From positions 32,116,001-32,180,000 of the forward strand of contig OX597836.1 of assembly GCA_951406725.2 (NCBI GenBank): DNA of 64,000 nucleotides. Reading direction: 5' to 3'. The position numbers were made by a program, and so were the translations under genes. Numbering within the stretch: position 1 is the first letter of the stretch; every line of letters begins with the position of its first letter. This stretch comes from Octopus vulgaris (taxonomy: Eukaryota). The notes below the pieces were generated by a model, which was not told the DNA's origin, searched no databases, and saw only the letters and a program-made list of their open reading frames with translations. Below are positions 38,534 through 51,350 of the stretch, in pieces.

Positions 38534-38580
<47 letters not shown>

Positions 38581-38606
38581 AGTGTGTGTGTGTGTATATA
38601 TATATG

Positions 38607-38659
<53 letters not shown>

Positions 38660-38664
38660 CATGC

Positions 38665-38709
<45 letters not shown>

Positions 38710-38712
<3 letters not shown>

Positions 38713-38871
38713 AGTGGCTGTGTGGTAAGTAGGTTGCTTACCAACCACATGCTGCCAGGTTCAATCCTACTGTGTGACACCTTGGGCAAGTGTTTTCTAC
38801 TATAGCCTCAGGCCGATCAAAGCCTTGTGAGTGTATTTGGTAGACAGAAACTGAAAGAAGCCTGTCGTGTG

Positions 38872-38910
<39 letters not shown>
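38710..38910 (+). mobile_element. CORE-type SINE 5' half
   Basis: Family match. Confidence 0.85.
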
Positions 38911-38914
<4 letters not shown>

Positions 38915-39267
38915 TTATATATGCATAGTTTATAAATGAGAGTCAGATATTCTCCATATAGAATACACGTTGTTGTGCTCAAGAGATTTAAACTTGAGCA
39001 GGTAGAGTAGTACTGGTATATCAACTTGCCTAACTTGCTTATCCTTACAGGTATATATATATATATAGTCACTATGCAGATATTTAGACCTCTTATAGAG
39101 AGACTTTCATCCAAGATACACTGGTATAATATATTGTATTTTGAAGAGATATTTCTTCAATTAATATTATTACATAAAATATCAATTTTATTTCAACTAT
39201 TTTATTTTATTTTATTTTATTCGTTATGTATTTTTACTGTAACTCATTATGTAGAGAAGATTCGCCC

Positions 39268-39641
39268 TTGTATCACAATTGTATCACAATTGTATCATAA
39301 TTGTATCGTAATTGTATCATAATTGTATCATAATTGTATCACAATGGTATCCTAATTGTATCATAATTGTATCATAATTGTATCATAATTGTATCATAAT
39401 TGTATCATAATTGTATCATAATTGTATCATAATTGTATCACAATGGTATCCTAATTGTATCATAATTGTATCATAATTGTATCACAATGGTATCATAATT
39501 GTATCATAATTGTATCATAATTGTATCATAATTGTATCACAATGGTAGCATAATTGTATCATAATTGTATCATAATTGTATCATAATTGTATCATAATTG
39601 TATCACAATGGTAGCATAATTGTATCATGATTGTATCACAA
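39268..39641. repeat. 11-bp minisatellite (TTGTATCATAA)n, ~34 copies
   Basis: Directly visible. Confidence 0.97.
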
Positions 39642-39872
39642 GAGTAAACTCCAGCATTTGCTGGTAACCATTTTCAACTGAGATGGCAGAACAATATGAA
39701 AAGTAGTACCTTGCTGAATGAGACAATGCATTGCCTGGTTAGAGAATCGATCCCTTAACCTTAATGGCCATAAGCCCAACACTCTAGCTATTGGGTCACC
39801 ACAGACTGAACTGTTATTGTTCTTCTTTTTTTACCATAAGTAAAATATGTCTCAGTAAATAATATAATTTGA

Positions 39873-40314
39873 TCTTATATCTTTTATCGTCTGTCTTTTA
39901 CTTGTTTCAATCATTAGACTGTGACCATGCTGGAACACTGCCTCAAAGAATTTTCAGTTGAACAAATCAACCCCAGTATCTTCTTCGATTTTTTCTTTTT
40001 CCTTTTTTTTTTTTTGAAGCCTAGTACTTATTCTGTTGGTCACTTTTCCTAAACTGCTAAGTTACAGGGACATAAACAAACCAACGCCAGTTGTCAAGCA
40101 GTGGTGGAAGACAAAACAAACTCAGGCACAAAGACACACACAAACATATACAATGGGCTTCTTTCAGTTTCCATCTACCGAATCCACTTACCAGATTTTG
40201 ATCAGCCCTGGACTATAGTAGAAGACACTAGCCAAAAGTGCCACACAGTGAGACTGAACCTCGAACCATGTGGATAAGAAAGATGCTTATTACCACACAG
40301 CCATGCCTGCACCT
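39873..40314 (-). mobile_element. CORE-type SINE, full length, diverged
   Basis: Family match. Confidence 0.8.
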
Positions 40315-41754
40315 ATATTGCTGGTGCAATTTGACTAATATCAGTCAAAGAAGAGCAATATAACCGCCATAAATAGTCTGGTCTTAGTTCAGCCAATTCT
40401 CTTTCTTTACAAATATTGGTCTTATGCTGATTCAATAGAAATCTCTAACTTGAGGATTATGTCAGTCTACTGTATTCTTTTTAAAGTTTTATTAAGAGTT
40501 TTGAATCTAAGAGATAAAGAAATCAATAATTATCTCGTATATGAGAGATAAAGTATTGACAAAATTCATGTAGAACCATAGCAATACAAACGTTGAATAT
40601 TCTTTTACATGCATCATTGTTCAGAAAGCAAAGTTTTAGGCTGCTATTAAGACTTTCGAACAGAGTATAGTGATTCTGCAGTTGTTTGTGACAAGGCACC
40701 TTTACATTTTTCTTCAATGGTACGAAAAGTAATTTTTTAAAAAATGCGTTTTTTTTTATTTGCGTTTTATGTTGCCATTAGTGAACTGTCATTGATTACT
40801 GGTTTATATGGAACCAATTGAGCCAATCACAGATTTGCTGCCATTCTGTAGTTGTGATTTATGCAAGAGTGTCTGGAACTCAGAACAGAATAAACAACAC
40901 AAAGGATTTCACTTGAAGAGCACTGGTCTTTTAGCTTTGTTCTACATCTGTTAAGGGTTCCAGATGAGCCTACCTCTCAGTAGGGAACACAGATGAGGGC
41001 AGCTGCATCAAATTCCTTTCTTCACCATATATATATATATATGTAATAATAATATTAGGGAATATTATTCCAAACTTATAGGGAAAAATTCAATTTAGAA
41101 ATACTGAATCAACACGTGTAGTCATTTTACCAAATATATACGTTTTATTTATTATTTTGTACATTACTTAACCATTGGTGTATGTTTTTATCTTATATTT
41201 AATTTTTTCTATAGGATGTATTTTTTCTATATGGTATAATTAAATTTTTTCATTGTTGAATTGATAAAAGGTGGTTTTTTTTCTAATTTATATATATATA
41301 TATATATGTATATATAAGGAAAATAAGGCAAAGTAAAAAATGTTAAAATAATTTTATCATGAAGTACATTTTAGTACCGGTTTCTGGCTTTTTAGACTTT
41401 TTCAGCTAAGAGTAAAATAAGAAAAACAATTAAATTGAAAAAAAATTAAGTGAACTGATTTGTAGATATTTTCATTGTCTTTATATAGGTAAATATTTCC
41501 ATAATTTTCAAACAGTCTGTCTCTATACACACATATGTATATACATACATATATTTACATTTATAAATGTATATGTATACATATATACATACACACATAC
41601 ATACATGCATATATATATATATATATATACATATGTATGTGCGCGTATGTGTGTGAGTGCATGTGTGTATGTATATGTGTGTGTGAGTGTGTGTGTGTGT
41701 GTGAGTGTGTGTGTGTGTGTGCATGTGAGTGCATGCATGTGTGTGTGTATGTGT

Positions 41755-42050
41755 GAGGGCACATGGCTTTGTGGTCAGGGTGTTGCACTCACAATTTAGA
41801 GATCATGATTTCAATTCCTAGACTGGGCAGTGTGTTGTGTTCTTGAGCAAAACACTTCATCTCACACTGCTCTGTGATCACTTCGACACCTGACAAATGA
41901 TACACTTGTGCACCTCTTCAGACAACATCAATTTGATGGAGAGAGAGTGAGAAAATGTGCAACATGAACATTTGATCACTATAAACAAATTATTTATGCA
42001 GGTCGTTTGGCAAAGGTTGAACGCTCATATATCATCTTTGATGGGAGAGT

Positions 42051-42055
<5 letters not shown>
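41755..42055 (+). mobile_element. tRNA-derived SINE, older family
   Basis: Head CATGGCTTTGTGGTCAGGGTGTTGCACTC...TTTCAATTCC; body TTCTTGAGCAAAACACTTCAT. Related head at 50715-51012. Confidence 0.65.
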
Positions 42056-42086
<31 letters not shown>

Positions 42087-43019
42087 TAGATAGATAGCTA
42101 GATAGATATATGTATATGTATGTATGTATGTATATGTATATATCATGTCATTGAATAAAATATATTGATGTAAAGTCATGTTTAACATGGTCAAGCACAC
42201 TCAGGCACTGGAAAGACCTTTCTCCGCAAAAAAGTCCCAATGGGGAATTTTTCCCTCCTAAACATATGAAAACACGTTGAGCTGTGAATAACATCATCGG
42301 ATCATTGGACATGGGTTTTTGCATTCTTGTGTGTTGTCAGCTATGAACCCCAAATCTATCATTCACAGCTCAATAAGAATGAATTCGTTCTTGTATTAGA
42401 ATGACATACAGTATGGAAGGCTGTATGGAAATCTTGATCAAATTAGAATTAGATAAATGAACTCACATGATACTGCTTTGAATGAAATACATTGGTATAA
42501 AGTTATATTTAACATGTTCCAGTTTTGTGCAATTCCTGCTAACAGCTTTCAATTCCCTTCCTTTTTTCTACTTTTAATTCTAAATAACCCTGAGAACTTT
42601 GTTTGGACCAGAGGGCATTTAAAAGCTACAGCAATATGACTGGGGTTTTATGGGAGGTTGTCATCATGTCTTTACTGCATGAAGCAAGTAGCCTCTTTAA
42701 CTTGAAACATATGGATTTGTTTTGTTGTTTGCTGATGTCTTTAGAGCAAAAAGTGCTTTTAACTGCATGGCTGTTTCTGCTGACTCTACACCTAACTCTC
42801 AGCTTCGAGAACAACCATGTGAATAAAAAACAGAGTTATTTCATGTATCTATATGCTGAAGATGTTCTCTTAATTGCTTTTTATGTGAGGTGGATTAACC
42901 CATCTGAATTTCCAAGATCTAAAGTTCAGATGCATGTCACAAACCTCTTTACTCAAATTTCATGCTGTCATTTCTAGTATGTCTATCTTAAGAAACACTA
43001 AAATTTCTACTCTACTGGT

Positions 43020-43525
43020 CAGTCACAGAAGAGTGCTACCCATGGTGTCATCCCATACTGGTTGTATGCAGATCTTGTACATTTTGATAACAATTTGGCA
43101 GTAGGAGTTACCAGAAGGATCCCAAAATGGGAGAGGACTTGGGAGTTCTCTGCTGACCTTGATGGTAAATATCACTTCCCAGTTTTTATGACCAAAAGAC
43201 CCAAACTTGTCATATGGTGCAAAGAAAGAAAAATGGTAAAGATGGTAAAGTTGTCAGTTCCCCAAGATGTAAACATGAAAAACATCTCAGGAAAAACAGA
43301 ATTTACAGTGAGCTGATTGAATTTTGTGGAGACAATGGATGGGTGGCAATATACCTTCCTGGAGAGATTGGTGTTTGAGGATTTATTGGAACCAGGATTC
43401 ACTGAATGCTCAGGTGTTTTGGATTCACTGTGAATGAGACAAAAGATGTTGACACAAAGTTGTTGGAAACTGCTGAGAAAGCAGCCATTAACATTTAGTA
43501 GTTCAAGAGAGTGAGGACAAGTGGT
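43020..43525 (+). mobile_element. HERO-clade non-LTR retrotransposon endonuclease fragment, decayed
   Basis: CYPWCH (CpG-decayed RYxWRH); WEFSADLD..FP...KRPKLVIW...VKLSVP; YSELIEFCGDNGW...PGEIGV*GF; AEKAA. Confidence 0.75.
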
Positions 43526-43737
43526 GCAGCAAGAACGATTGTTGAGGATGATAGAAACATCTGTTCCAGAGTCAGAACTGTCAGATATTGTGCATCTGGA
43601 ACAGATATTTCTAACTCAACAAAGCTTATGCAGTTGTGTGGGAATACAACGTCATCCCAAGCACACAAATGTCTATCCTAAAGTTTATTGTCTAACCTTT
43701 TTCTTTCAAGACAGTAAGCAATTTATTCATAGGTTGA

Positions 43738-44145
43738 CATCATCGGCATCATGTACCACATGCCTGCATCATATGGATGATGCAACAATGGAAATCTTGC
43801 AAATTCTCCAGCTGCTTTGTTACTCTTGTCCTATCAGCTCATGATGTTGTCCATTCATTGTGTTCTTTGACTGTTTCTTGATCTACTACCCTTTACTCTT
43901 CCTTCCATGATAACATTTCCTAAACTTTTGCTTCTTCAAATGTAGACATAACAGATGAGCTCTTGTCTTTTCACAATGTTCAGAAGTAGCTGTCTTTCCC
44001 CTTCTTGTTGTAACACCTATTCATTTATCTGGTGGTTCTTGTAGCATTTTCCTCTACACCCACATTTCTTGTAACACTCATTCATTCATCTGACGGTTCT
44101 TGTAATATTTTCCTATACACCCACATTTCAAAATCATAGATGAGG
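43738..44145 (-). mobile_element. RTE/BovB-like LINE 3' end, decayed
   Basis: Minus strand FEMWVYRKIL...LLLNIVKRQEL...RSKSLGNVIMEGRVKGSRSR...*MDNIMS*; ~60-bp internal tandem duplication at ~44005-44130. Confidence 0.7.
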
Positions 44146-44490
44146 ATCTTTAATCTTACACAGGGTCTCATATCACGTGTTGTCATCTGAGCCTGAGACT
44201 AGTGTCCGGCAAAATCATTATACTTTTGAGCAGTGTCTGTGATCATTACCCTAATACTGTCATAATGTTGCAGTATTTACTTAATCATCGGCATTTTATT
44301 GTTATTTTAATTTTAATATTTCTGTTATATGTAATTTTCTAGATGGTGTAATATTATTGTTCATTTTGAATTGAGAAAAGGTGTTTTTTTTCTAATTTTT
44401 ACATATATATATATTATATTGTGGGAAATTTGATTTAGTATTTCTAAATTGAATTTTTTTCCCGTAAGTTAGGATTAATTTTCCCTCAAA

Positions 44491-44540
<50 letters not shown>

Positions 44541-45414
44541 TAGATAGATAGATATAGATATAGATATGTATATATATTCTTTTACTCTTTTATTTGTTTC
44601 AGTCATTTGACTGTGGTCATGCTGGAGCACCGCCTTTAGTCAAACAAATCAATCCCAGAACTGTTTCTACACAACAAATCACCCTGTGTTGCTAAGGATT
44701 TACTTCTCAAAATTGAATGTTGTGTTAATGGTTGTTTTCTCATGTATTCACAGCTGACATAAAGAAAGATTAATCTAGTAGTTAGCAAGCACTAAATAAT
44801 TGAGAGGCAGACATTTATGGTTGTTAATTCACCTTTATTCAGCCTGAAAACTGGTTGAAATATTAAATGGATTAGCATAATTGTCAGAAAATTCAACAAT
44901 GAATTAAATTAGCAAATATTATTTTTTTCTGGAATTCTGCCTTTATTTTTAAATAGAGTTAATTTGGAAGTAGCAATTTAAATGCTTTTTTATTAATTTT
45001 TTTTTTTTTATGTCAAATGGGAATTTGGAAAACAGTCTCATTTTCTTTTTAGAATTTTGCGCAACTTTTGAAAATTTTATTATGTCTGAAGTTTGAACAA
45101 GTCAACAAAGTTTTTATATTAGTTTGATTATTGGTTTGTTTCCAAGAAATGTGCATTATTGGGGTTGACATGGCTGTGTGATTAAGAAGTTTACTTGATG
45201 ACTATCTGGTTCAATTCCATTCTGCAGAAACCTGTCATAAATACCTTCACACATACATATATATATATATAAATTTTAAAGTCTATGAAATTACTTAATA
45301 CAGTCCTGAAGTGTAAAGGTCTTTGTTTAAAGAATTATTTTCTTTTTTAAATGTTATAAAATCTTTCATCAGGATGTTACTAACCTTCTTTGGGAAGAAG
45401 ATTTTTCTTTGTGT

Positions 45415-45500
<86 letters not shown>

Positions 45501-45503
<3 letters not shown>

Positions 45504-45970
45504 TTTTACTCTTTTGCTCTTTTGTTTGTTTCAGTCATTTGACTGTGGTCATGCTGGAGCACCACCTTTAGTCAAACAAATTGATCCCAGAACTTATTCT
45601 TTGTAAGCCTAGTATTTATTCTATCAGTCTCTTTTGCTGAACCACTATGTTATGAGAACATAAATACACTAACACTGGTTGTCAAGCAATGGTGGGGGAC
45701 AAACACAGATACACAAACACATACATATATATATATATAGGCTATAGTATGACACTTGCCCAAAGTGCCATGCAGTGAGACTATAGCCATACCAGGGTCC
45801 TGCCTTAAAGATTTTAGTTAAGTTAATTGACTCCAGATCTTATTTCTTAAAATCTGCTACTTATTCTATCACACTCTTTTGTTGAACCACTATGTTATGA
45901 GAACATAAATACACCAACACTGGTTGTCAAGCAATGGTGGGGGACAAACACAAAAACTCACATACACATG
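45501..45970 (-). mobile_element. CORE-type SINE fragments, partial tandem
   Basis: Family match; segment GAACCACTATGTTATGAGAACATAAATACAC is duplicated. Confidence 0.75.
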
Positions 45971-45992
45971 TATTAATATGTATTGTATAGCC

Positions 45993-46230
45993 ATTATGGC
46001 TGATCTTACCAAACAGTTTCACACTGGGTGTTAAATTGAATGTTAGCTAAGAGCCCAATTATGTAATTGTGCACTCATTAGAGCTGGCAGTTACGGAAAA
46101 AATACGGTGATTGCTCTATAATTGCTACCTCTCATAAGCAGATGGCTACATAAACGGGCTAACATCACATTCAGTTTATCTAACATCCAGTTTAACACCT
46201 AGTGTGAAATTAGTTAAGACCAGCCATAAT
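45993..46230. mobile_element. MITE with ~50-bp TIRs (PIF/Harbinger-like ends)
   Basis: ATTATGGCTGATCTTA..TTTCACACTGGGTGTTAAATTGAATGTTAG vs CTAACATCCAGTTTAACACCTAGTGTGAAA..TAAGACCAGCCATAAT. Superfamily assignment tentative. Confidence 0.7.
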
Positions 46231-46324
46231 AGGTAAATAATACTATACACTTCCATTAATATACCCACTCTATTGACAAATATATGAGTGGATATATTTT
46301 TTGACTTATGAATTCTTAGACAGC

Positions 46325-46355
<31 letters not shown>

Positions 46356-46438
46356 TTCTGTTCTTCCTGTCATTCACTAAAAAACACCTGTCTGTGTTTG
46401 GATTGTCTTTGCACAGGGGCCATCTTTGTTATATTTAA

Positions 46439-46659
46439 CCCTTCTGATACCAACCCAGCTGAAACCAGCTCTGGCTCTGTACTACAAATGTCTTCTTTTT
46501 ATAAGTTTTAAATTAAAATTTTCCACCAAACCTTAGTCACAATTTATGTTCCTAGCACTAGCTTAATGATAACTAAGTTATTTTACTAAATTCTTTGTTA
46601 TATTTAAAGTAATTGGAAGAAATACAGAGCATCTCAACAGAAATACAGTAATGAAAGGG
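46439..46659. mobile_element. piggyBac-type MITE
   Basis: TTAA|CCCTT...AAGGG|TTAA; 221 bp. Confidence 0.8.
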
Positions 46660-47051
46660 TTAAAGCAGTATATTGTTAGACTTGTAACCTGAACGCAAGT
46701 CATATGAACCTTACAACACACAAACAAACCTATTAGACAGTCGATTGCTTCAACCATCAAAGCAGTGGTTTTCACTCTTTCTGCTACCAAGACCCACTTT
46801 TATTTGAATTAATTTTGCCACAAATCTCAGGCCTTGAAATAAGCTGATTTGATTAACTATCAACAAATTTGATATCCTAGTTTCATATGAGTAGAAACCA
46901 ACAAAAGCGACACAAATGCCAAGGATTTCATGTGTGGTGCTTTTGAAGTAAACTTGGAATCTGAGACAAATTGCGTGTTTTAAGTCAATGTAAGCATGTG
47001 TTTGTATGTGTGTGTATGTGTGTATGTGTGTATGGACACAAACACACATAT

Positions 47052-47105
<54 letters not shown>

Positions 47106-47235
47106 TAATATATTACCATTATACAAAAGTCAAGATAAAAACAAGAAAGTATAATGGTAACATTAATTTACAGATAAATTTCCTCTATTTACATAATATT
47201 GAGGTCTCTTTTTTTGTTATCTTACGTTTTTTAAG

Positions 47236-47295
<60 letters not shown>

Positions 47296-47305
47296 TGTAT
47301 GTATG

Positions 47306-47339
<34 letters not shown>

Positions 47340-47664
47340 TATATGCAACTTATATAATAGGTATATAAGCAGGGCTATTTTAACTATTTCCCCATAGATT
47401 GGGATAATGATGAACTATTTTAATTTAATCATTTTTCAAATCTTATTAGATTCTCTTCAGAGGCATCTGCATCAATTTGGACAATTCCACAGAAACAATC
47501 AACCAACTTGTTTATGTACTTTTATACTTACAATCGCTACAGAAAACTGAAGCTACTAATTTGCATACTATATTAACATTTTATTTTTAACTATCAGGGG
47601 GCCTGTCAATGGGGATCTCAGTGCATGGAGTATCAAGGCATGAAATAATATATATAACCTATAT

Positions 47665-47977
47665 CACATGATCACATGATCACATGACCGACCAGACCAT
47701 CAGATGTTGCTACACATCGCTGGTCACAATGCCTTCGCATTGTTTTAGCCTCCGAATGACGCCACCCCACTGGCTAAGTGAGCAGGTCAACAGAAGAAAG
47801 AGTGAGAGAAAGAGTGGTGAAAGAGTACAGCAGGGATCACCAATCCCTGCTGGAGCCTCGTGGAGCTTTTAGGTGTTTTCGCTCAATAAACACTCACAAC
47901 GCCTGGTCTGGGAATCGAAATCGCGATCCTACGACCACGAGTCCGCTGCCCTAACCACTGGGCCATTGCGCCTCCAC
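47665..47977 (-). mobile_element. SINE with tRNA-Arg-like head and 13-bp TSD
   Basis: ATATAACCTATAT at 47652-47664 and 47978-47990; (TGATCATG)n-type tail. Confidence 0.9.
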
Positions 47978-48026
47978 ATATAACCTATATAGTAGATATT
48001 ATAAGCAGGGTTAATTTAACTTACAT

Positions 48027-48345
48027 ATCTCATTCACATCTAGTTCAAAACTCCTGAACATTGACTGAATCCTGGTTCCAACAAATCCTCTAACACCTGT
48101 CTCTGTAGGAAGGTATATTGTGGTCCATCCATTGCTTCCACAGAGTTCAACCGATTTTCAGTATTTTCTGTCTTTCGTGACGAAGGTGTCTTTGATGCTC
48201 ACTTCCTTTCTTTGCACCATATGACAAGGTTGGGTCTTTGGGTTGTAAAAAGTGTGAAGTAATATTTATCAAGGTCAGCAGAGAACTCCTAAGTCCCTTC
48301 CCATTTGGGGATGGCAACTCTTACTGCCAGACTGCTTTCAAAATA
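48027..48345 (-). mobile_element. Second HERO fragment, inverted relative to 43085-43440
   Basis: Reverse complement contains GGAGTTCTCTGCTGACCTTGAT...CTTGTCATATGGTGCAAAGAAAG...AATATACCTTCCT...GGAACCAGGATTCA, shared with the first copy. Confidence 0.75.
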
Positions 48346-48882
48346 CAGTTCTTTATTTAAGTTTGTTTCTGTGAAATTGTCCAAACTGATGTAGCTCCTC
48401 TGTTGAGAATCTAATATGATTTGAAAATTGATTAAATTAAGATAGCTCATCATTATCCCAATCTATAGGGAAATAGTTAAAATACCCTGCTTATATACCT
48501 ATTATGTAGGTTACGTATACATACCTACAAACACACACACACACACACGCATATATTTGAAAATTTTATTTTGTAATGAGATAAAAACCCAAGGCTGTGT
48601 AAATTTTAGTTCCAGGATATTAATTATATCCCTTCATCGGAGACGGTGTGAGAGGGTGGTTAAGAAATAGTTAATTTAGATAAGATATGAAATTTGTATG
48701 TATGTATACAGACACATGCTTACACTGACTTAAAATGTAAAAGTTGTCTCAGATTCTATGTTTACTTCAAAAGTACCACACACGAAATTTTTGGCATTTG
48801 TGCCACATTTGTTGTTTTCTACTCATATGAAACCAGGATAACAAATTTGTTGTTAGTTTATCAAATCAGCTTTCAAAATGTA

Positions 48883-49673
48883 TGGGGTGGTATCAAAAAA
48901 ATTCCCAGACAAGTTATGTTTAAAGGAAAGTAACTTGTTTACATAAGTTTTAACATCATCTCCTTCAAAATAGTCACTTTATGCAGCAATACACAGCTCC
49001 CAGCATTCCTGCCAGATTTTGGAATCTGGCCTGGTAGTCATTTTCTGTGAGTTGAGAACCTTCTGTAATTCATTCTGGATCTCAACAATGGTGACCTTTG
49101 TGCTGTATTTTTGTTTGGGGAAGAGGTGGAAGTATGTAGGAGCTGGCAGAAACGTTAGCACGCCGGGCGAAATGCTTTGCGGTATTTCGTCCGCCTCTGC
49201 ATTCTGAGTTCAAATTCCGCCAAGGTCGACTTTGCCTTTCATCCTTTCGGGGTCGATTAAATAAGTACCAGTTACGCACTGGAGTCGATATAATCGATTT
49301 AATCCGTGTGTCTGTCCTTGTTTGTCCTCTCTGTGTTTAGCCCCTTGTGGGTAGTAAAGAAATAAGTATGTAGGTGCTAAATCTGGTGAATAAGGCAGGT
49401 GTGGATGCAATACCATGAGGAGAGCTCAGTGACAGGGTGCATTGTTGTCTTGAAGAATCTAATTCTTCGTACTCCACAGACCCAGTCACTTTCGCCAAAT
49501 GAGTTCCCTCAAATGCTTCAAAACATCACAACTTGAAAAGTAAACAGCAATGTCACTCAGAACACTGCCTCATGAAGGTCACTGCTAGCTCTCACTGTCT
49601 ATGCAACCATGTGCTGCCATCTGTTGGTGCACCACAGAAGAACTAGTCTGGGAACTTTTTCAATACCACCTTG
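48883..49673 (-). mobile_element. Internally deleted mariner (irritans-like TIRs) interrupted by a SINE
   Basis: TA-flanked TIRs GGTGGTATCAAAAAAATTCCCAGAC / GTCTGGGAACTTTTTCAATACCACC. Minus strand QDNNAPCH, HLPYSPDLAPTYFHLFPK, WELCIAA*SDYFEGD. Confidence 0.85.
49141..49363 (+). mobile_element. Young Meta-domain SINE with 11-bp TSD, inside the mariner
   Basis: AAGTATGTAGG at 49130-49140 and 49364-49374; CpG-rich, little decay. Confidence 0.9.
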
Positions 49674-50443
49674 TACATATATATTGTATTATTGGATTCT
49701 CATAAGAATAAAGCTATAGTTGAAGACTCTTGCCCAAAGTGCCTCGCAGTGGGACTGAACCTGTATACATAAAAAAATTTGTGTAGAAATAACACAAAAC
49801 AATTTTGTAAAGAGAGAAGGAGAGAAACGGGGAAGAAAGGGAAGGTGAGAGACTTATTGCTATTGCTTTTCTCGATGGGTCATTCTAGTTACTTTTAATT
49901 GACCATAATTGTCATATGAAGATATTTTTCATTTTAGAAGAGGTCAAACAGCAACTATTTACTTTACATGCTGCTCTTAAGATTGGTGCAATGAAAAGAG
50001 AAAGCTATCTTCAGACTGAAGACCATATTTGAAAGCTAGGAATCTCTTTGAATACATTAATGTCATTTTCTAGATGTATAAAAGTAAATATTTGTATGTC
50101 CCAAGTTGTATGCTTCAGTTTTTGATTGAGGTGGCAGAAAAGCAGAATAAATTTTTCAAGGAAAAGGCCATGGATTCTGTGACATCTTTCTCATATTTTG
50201 TCAGACTAATGATTATAGATAAAATATCATATGTGTGTGTATATAAATATGTGTGTGTGTGTGTGTGCATGTGTATGTGTGTGCGTGTGTGTGTGTGTGT
50301 GTGTGTTTGTGTTTGTGTGTGTGTTTGTGTGTGTTTGTGTGTGTGTGTGTTTGTTTGTGTATCTCTAGTAGAGAGAGAGAAGATATATAATTATATATAT
50401 ATATATATATAAATGCACAAACACACATATGTATATGTATGTC

Positions 50444-50474
<31 letters not shown>

Positions 50475-50676
50475 ATGTATGTATATATGTATATATGTAT
50501 GTATAGATATGTATGTATATGTGTGTATAAATGCACACACACACACACACACATACAAACAAGCAAACAAACACATACAAACACACACACTCATATGCAC
50601 TGGCTTAAAATGCAAAAGTTGTCTCAGATTTTTAGATTTTTAGTTTGAGAAGTAGCATGCACAAAAAGAAAACAAA

Positions 50677-50705
50677 CCCGAGCAACACTGGGCTATACTG
50701 CTAGT
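50677..50705 (+). mobile_element. Possible Helitron 3' terminus
   Basis: CCCGAGCAACACTGGG hairpin remnant followed 8 nt later by CTAG|T. Confidence 0.4.
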
Positions 50706-51104
50706 CTATAGTAAAGGTGTGTGGCTAAGTGGTTAAGGTGTTGCACTCATGATCATAAAATTGTGGTTTCAATTCCCAGACTGGCTGCACATTGTGTTCT
50801 TGAGCAAAATACTTCATTTCACATTGCTCCAGTCCACTTGGCTGTAAATGGGGGAATCTACAATGGACAAGCCTTCCAATCAGGAAGAATGTTTGTCTGC
50901 CTACCTAGATGCTGGCATGGCATCCTTCAAAACCTAAAACAATACAAAGAGCATTGTGACCAGCGATGTATAACAACGCCTGATACTTTAGTCAGTCACA
51001 TGATCATGTGATATATATAAAACTTAGATATGTCTCGACCAAAGATTGGTCCAGGCCATGTCTAACTTAATAGCACCACCTGATAGGATTATCTAAATCC
51101 TTTT

Positions 51105-51350
51105 TAAGTCAAATTTTGTGGTATTATGGTCCATTCAAGTAGTGAGTTCTTGTTGGGTGAGTTGTATCCTGGTATGGGTGGCTTATCTGGTATTAATTGA
51201 AGAAATTTATCCAGACTCCATTTAAATGTGATGGGATCCTATCATGCCATTAATTTGTTTAGTGAGTGCCCTCTAGGGTGATTCAATTTTCAAGATGTTT
51301 TGTTTTGTATGGGGAGACCACAAGGGGCAGCAGTATTCGAGGTGTGGCCA
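51105..51350 (-). mobile_element. CR1-clade LINE ORF2 C-terminal fragment, internally deleted
   Basis: Minus strand PHLEYCCPLWSPHTKQNILKIESP*RALTKQINGM / FKWSLDKFLQLIPDKPPIPGY...NSLLEW. Confidence 0.85.

Noticed and set aside
50016-50040. CTGAAGA...GAAAGCTA hammerhead-like string
   Set aside because: Neither stem I nor stem II can pair; chance match.
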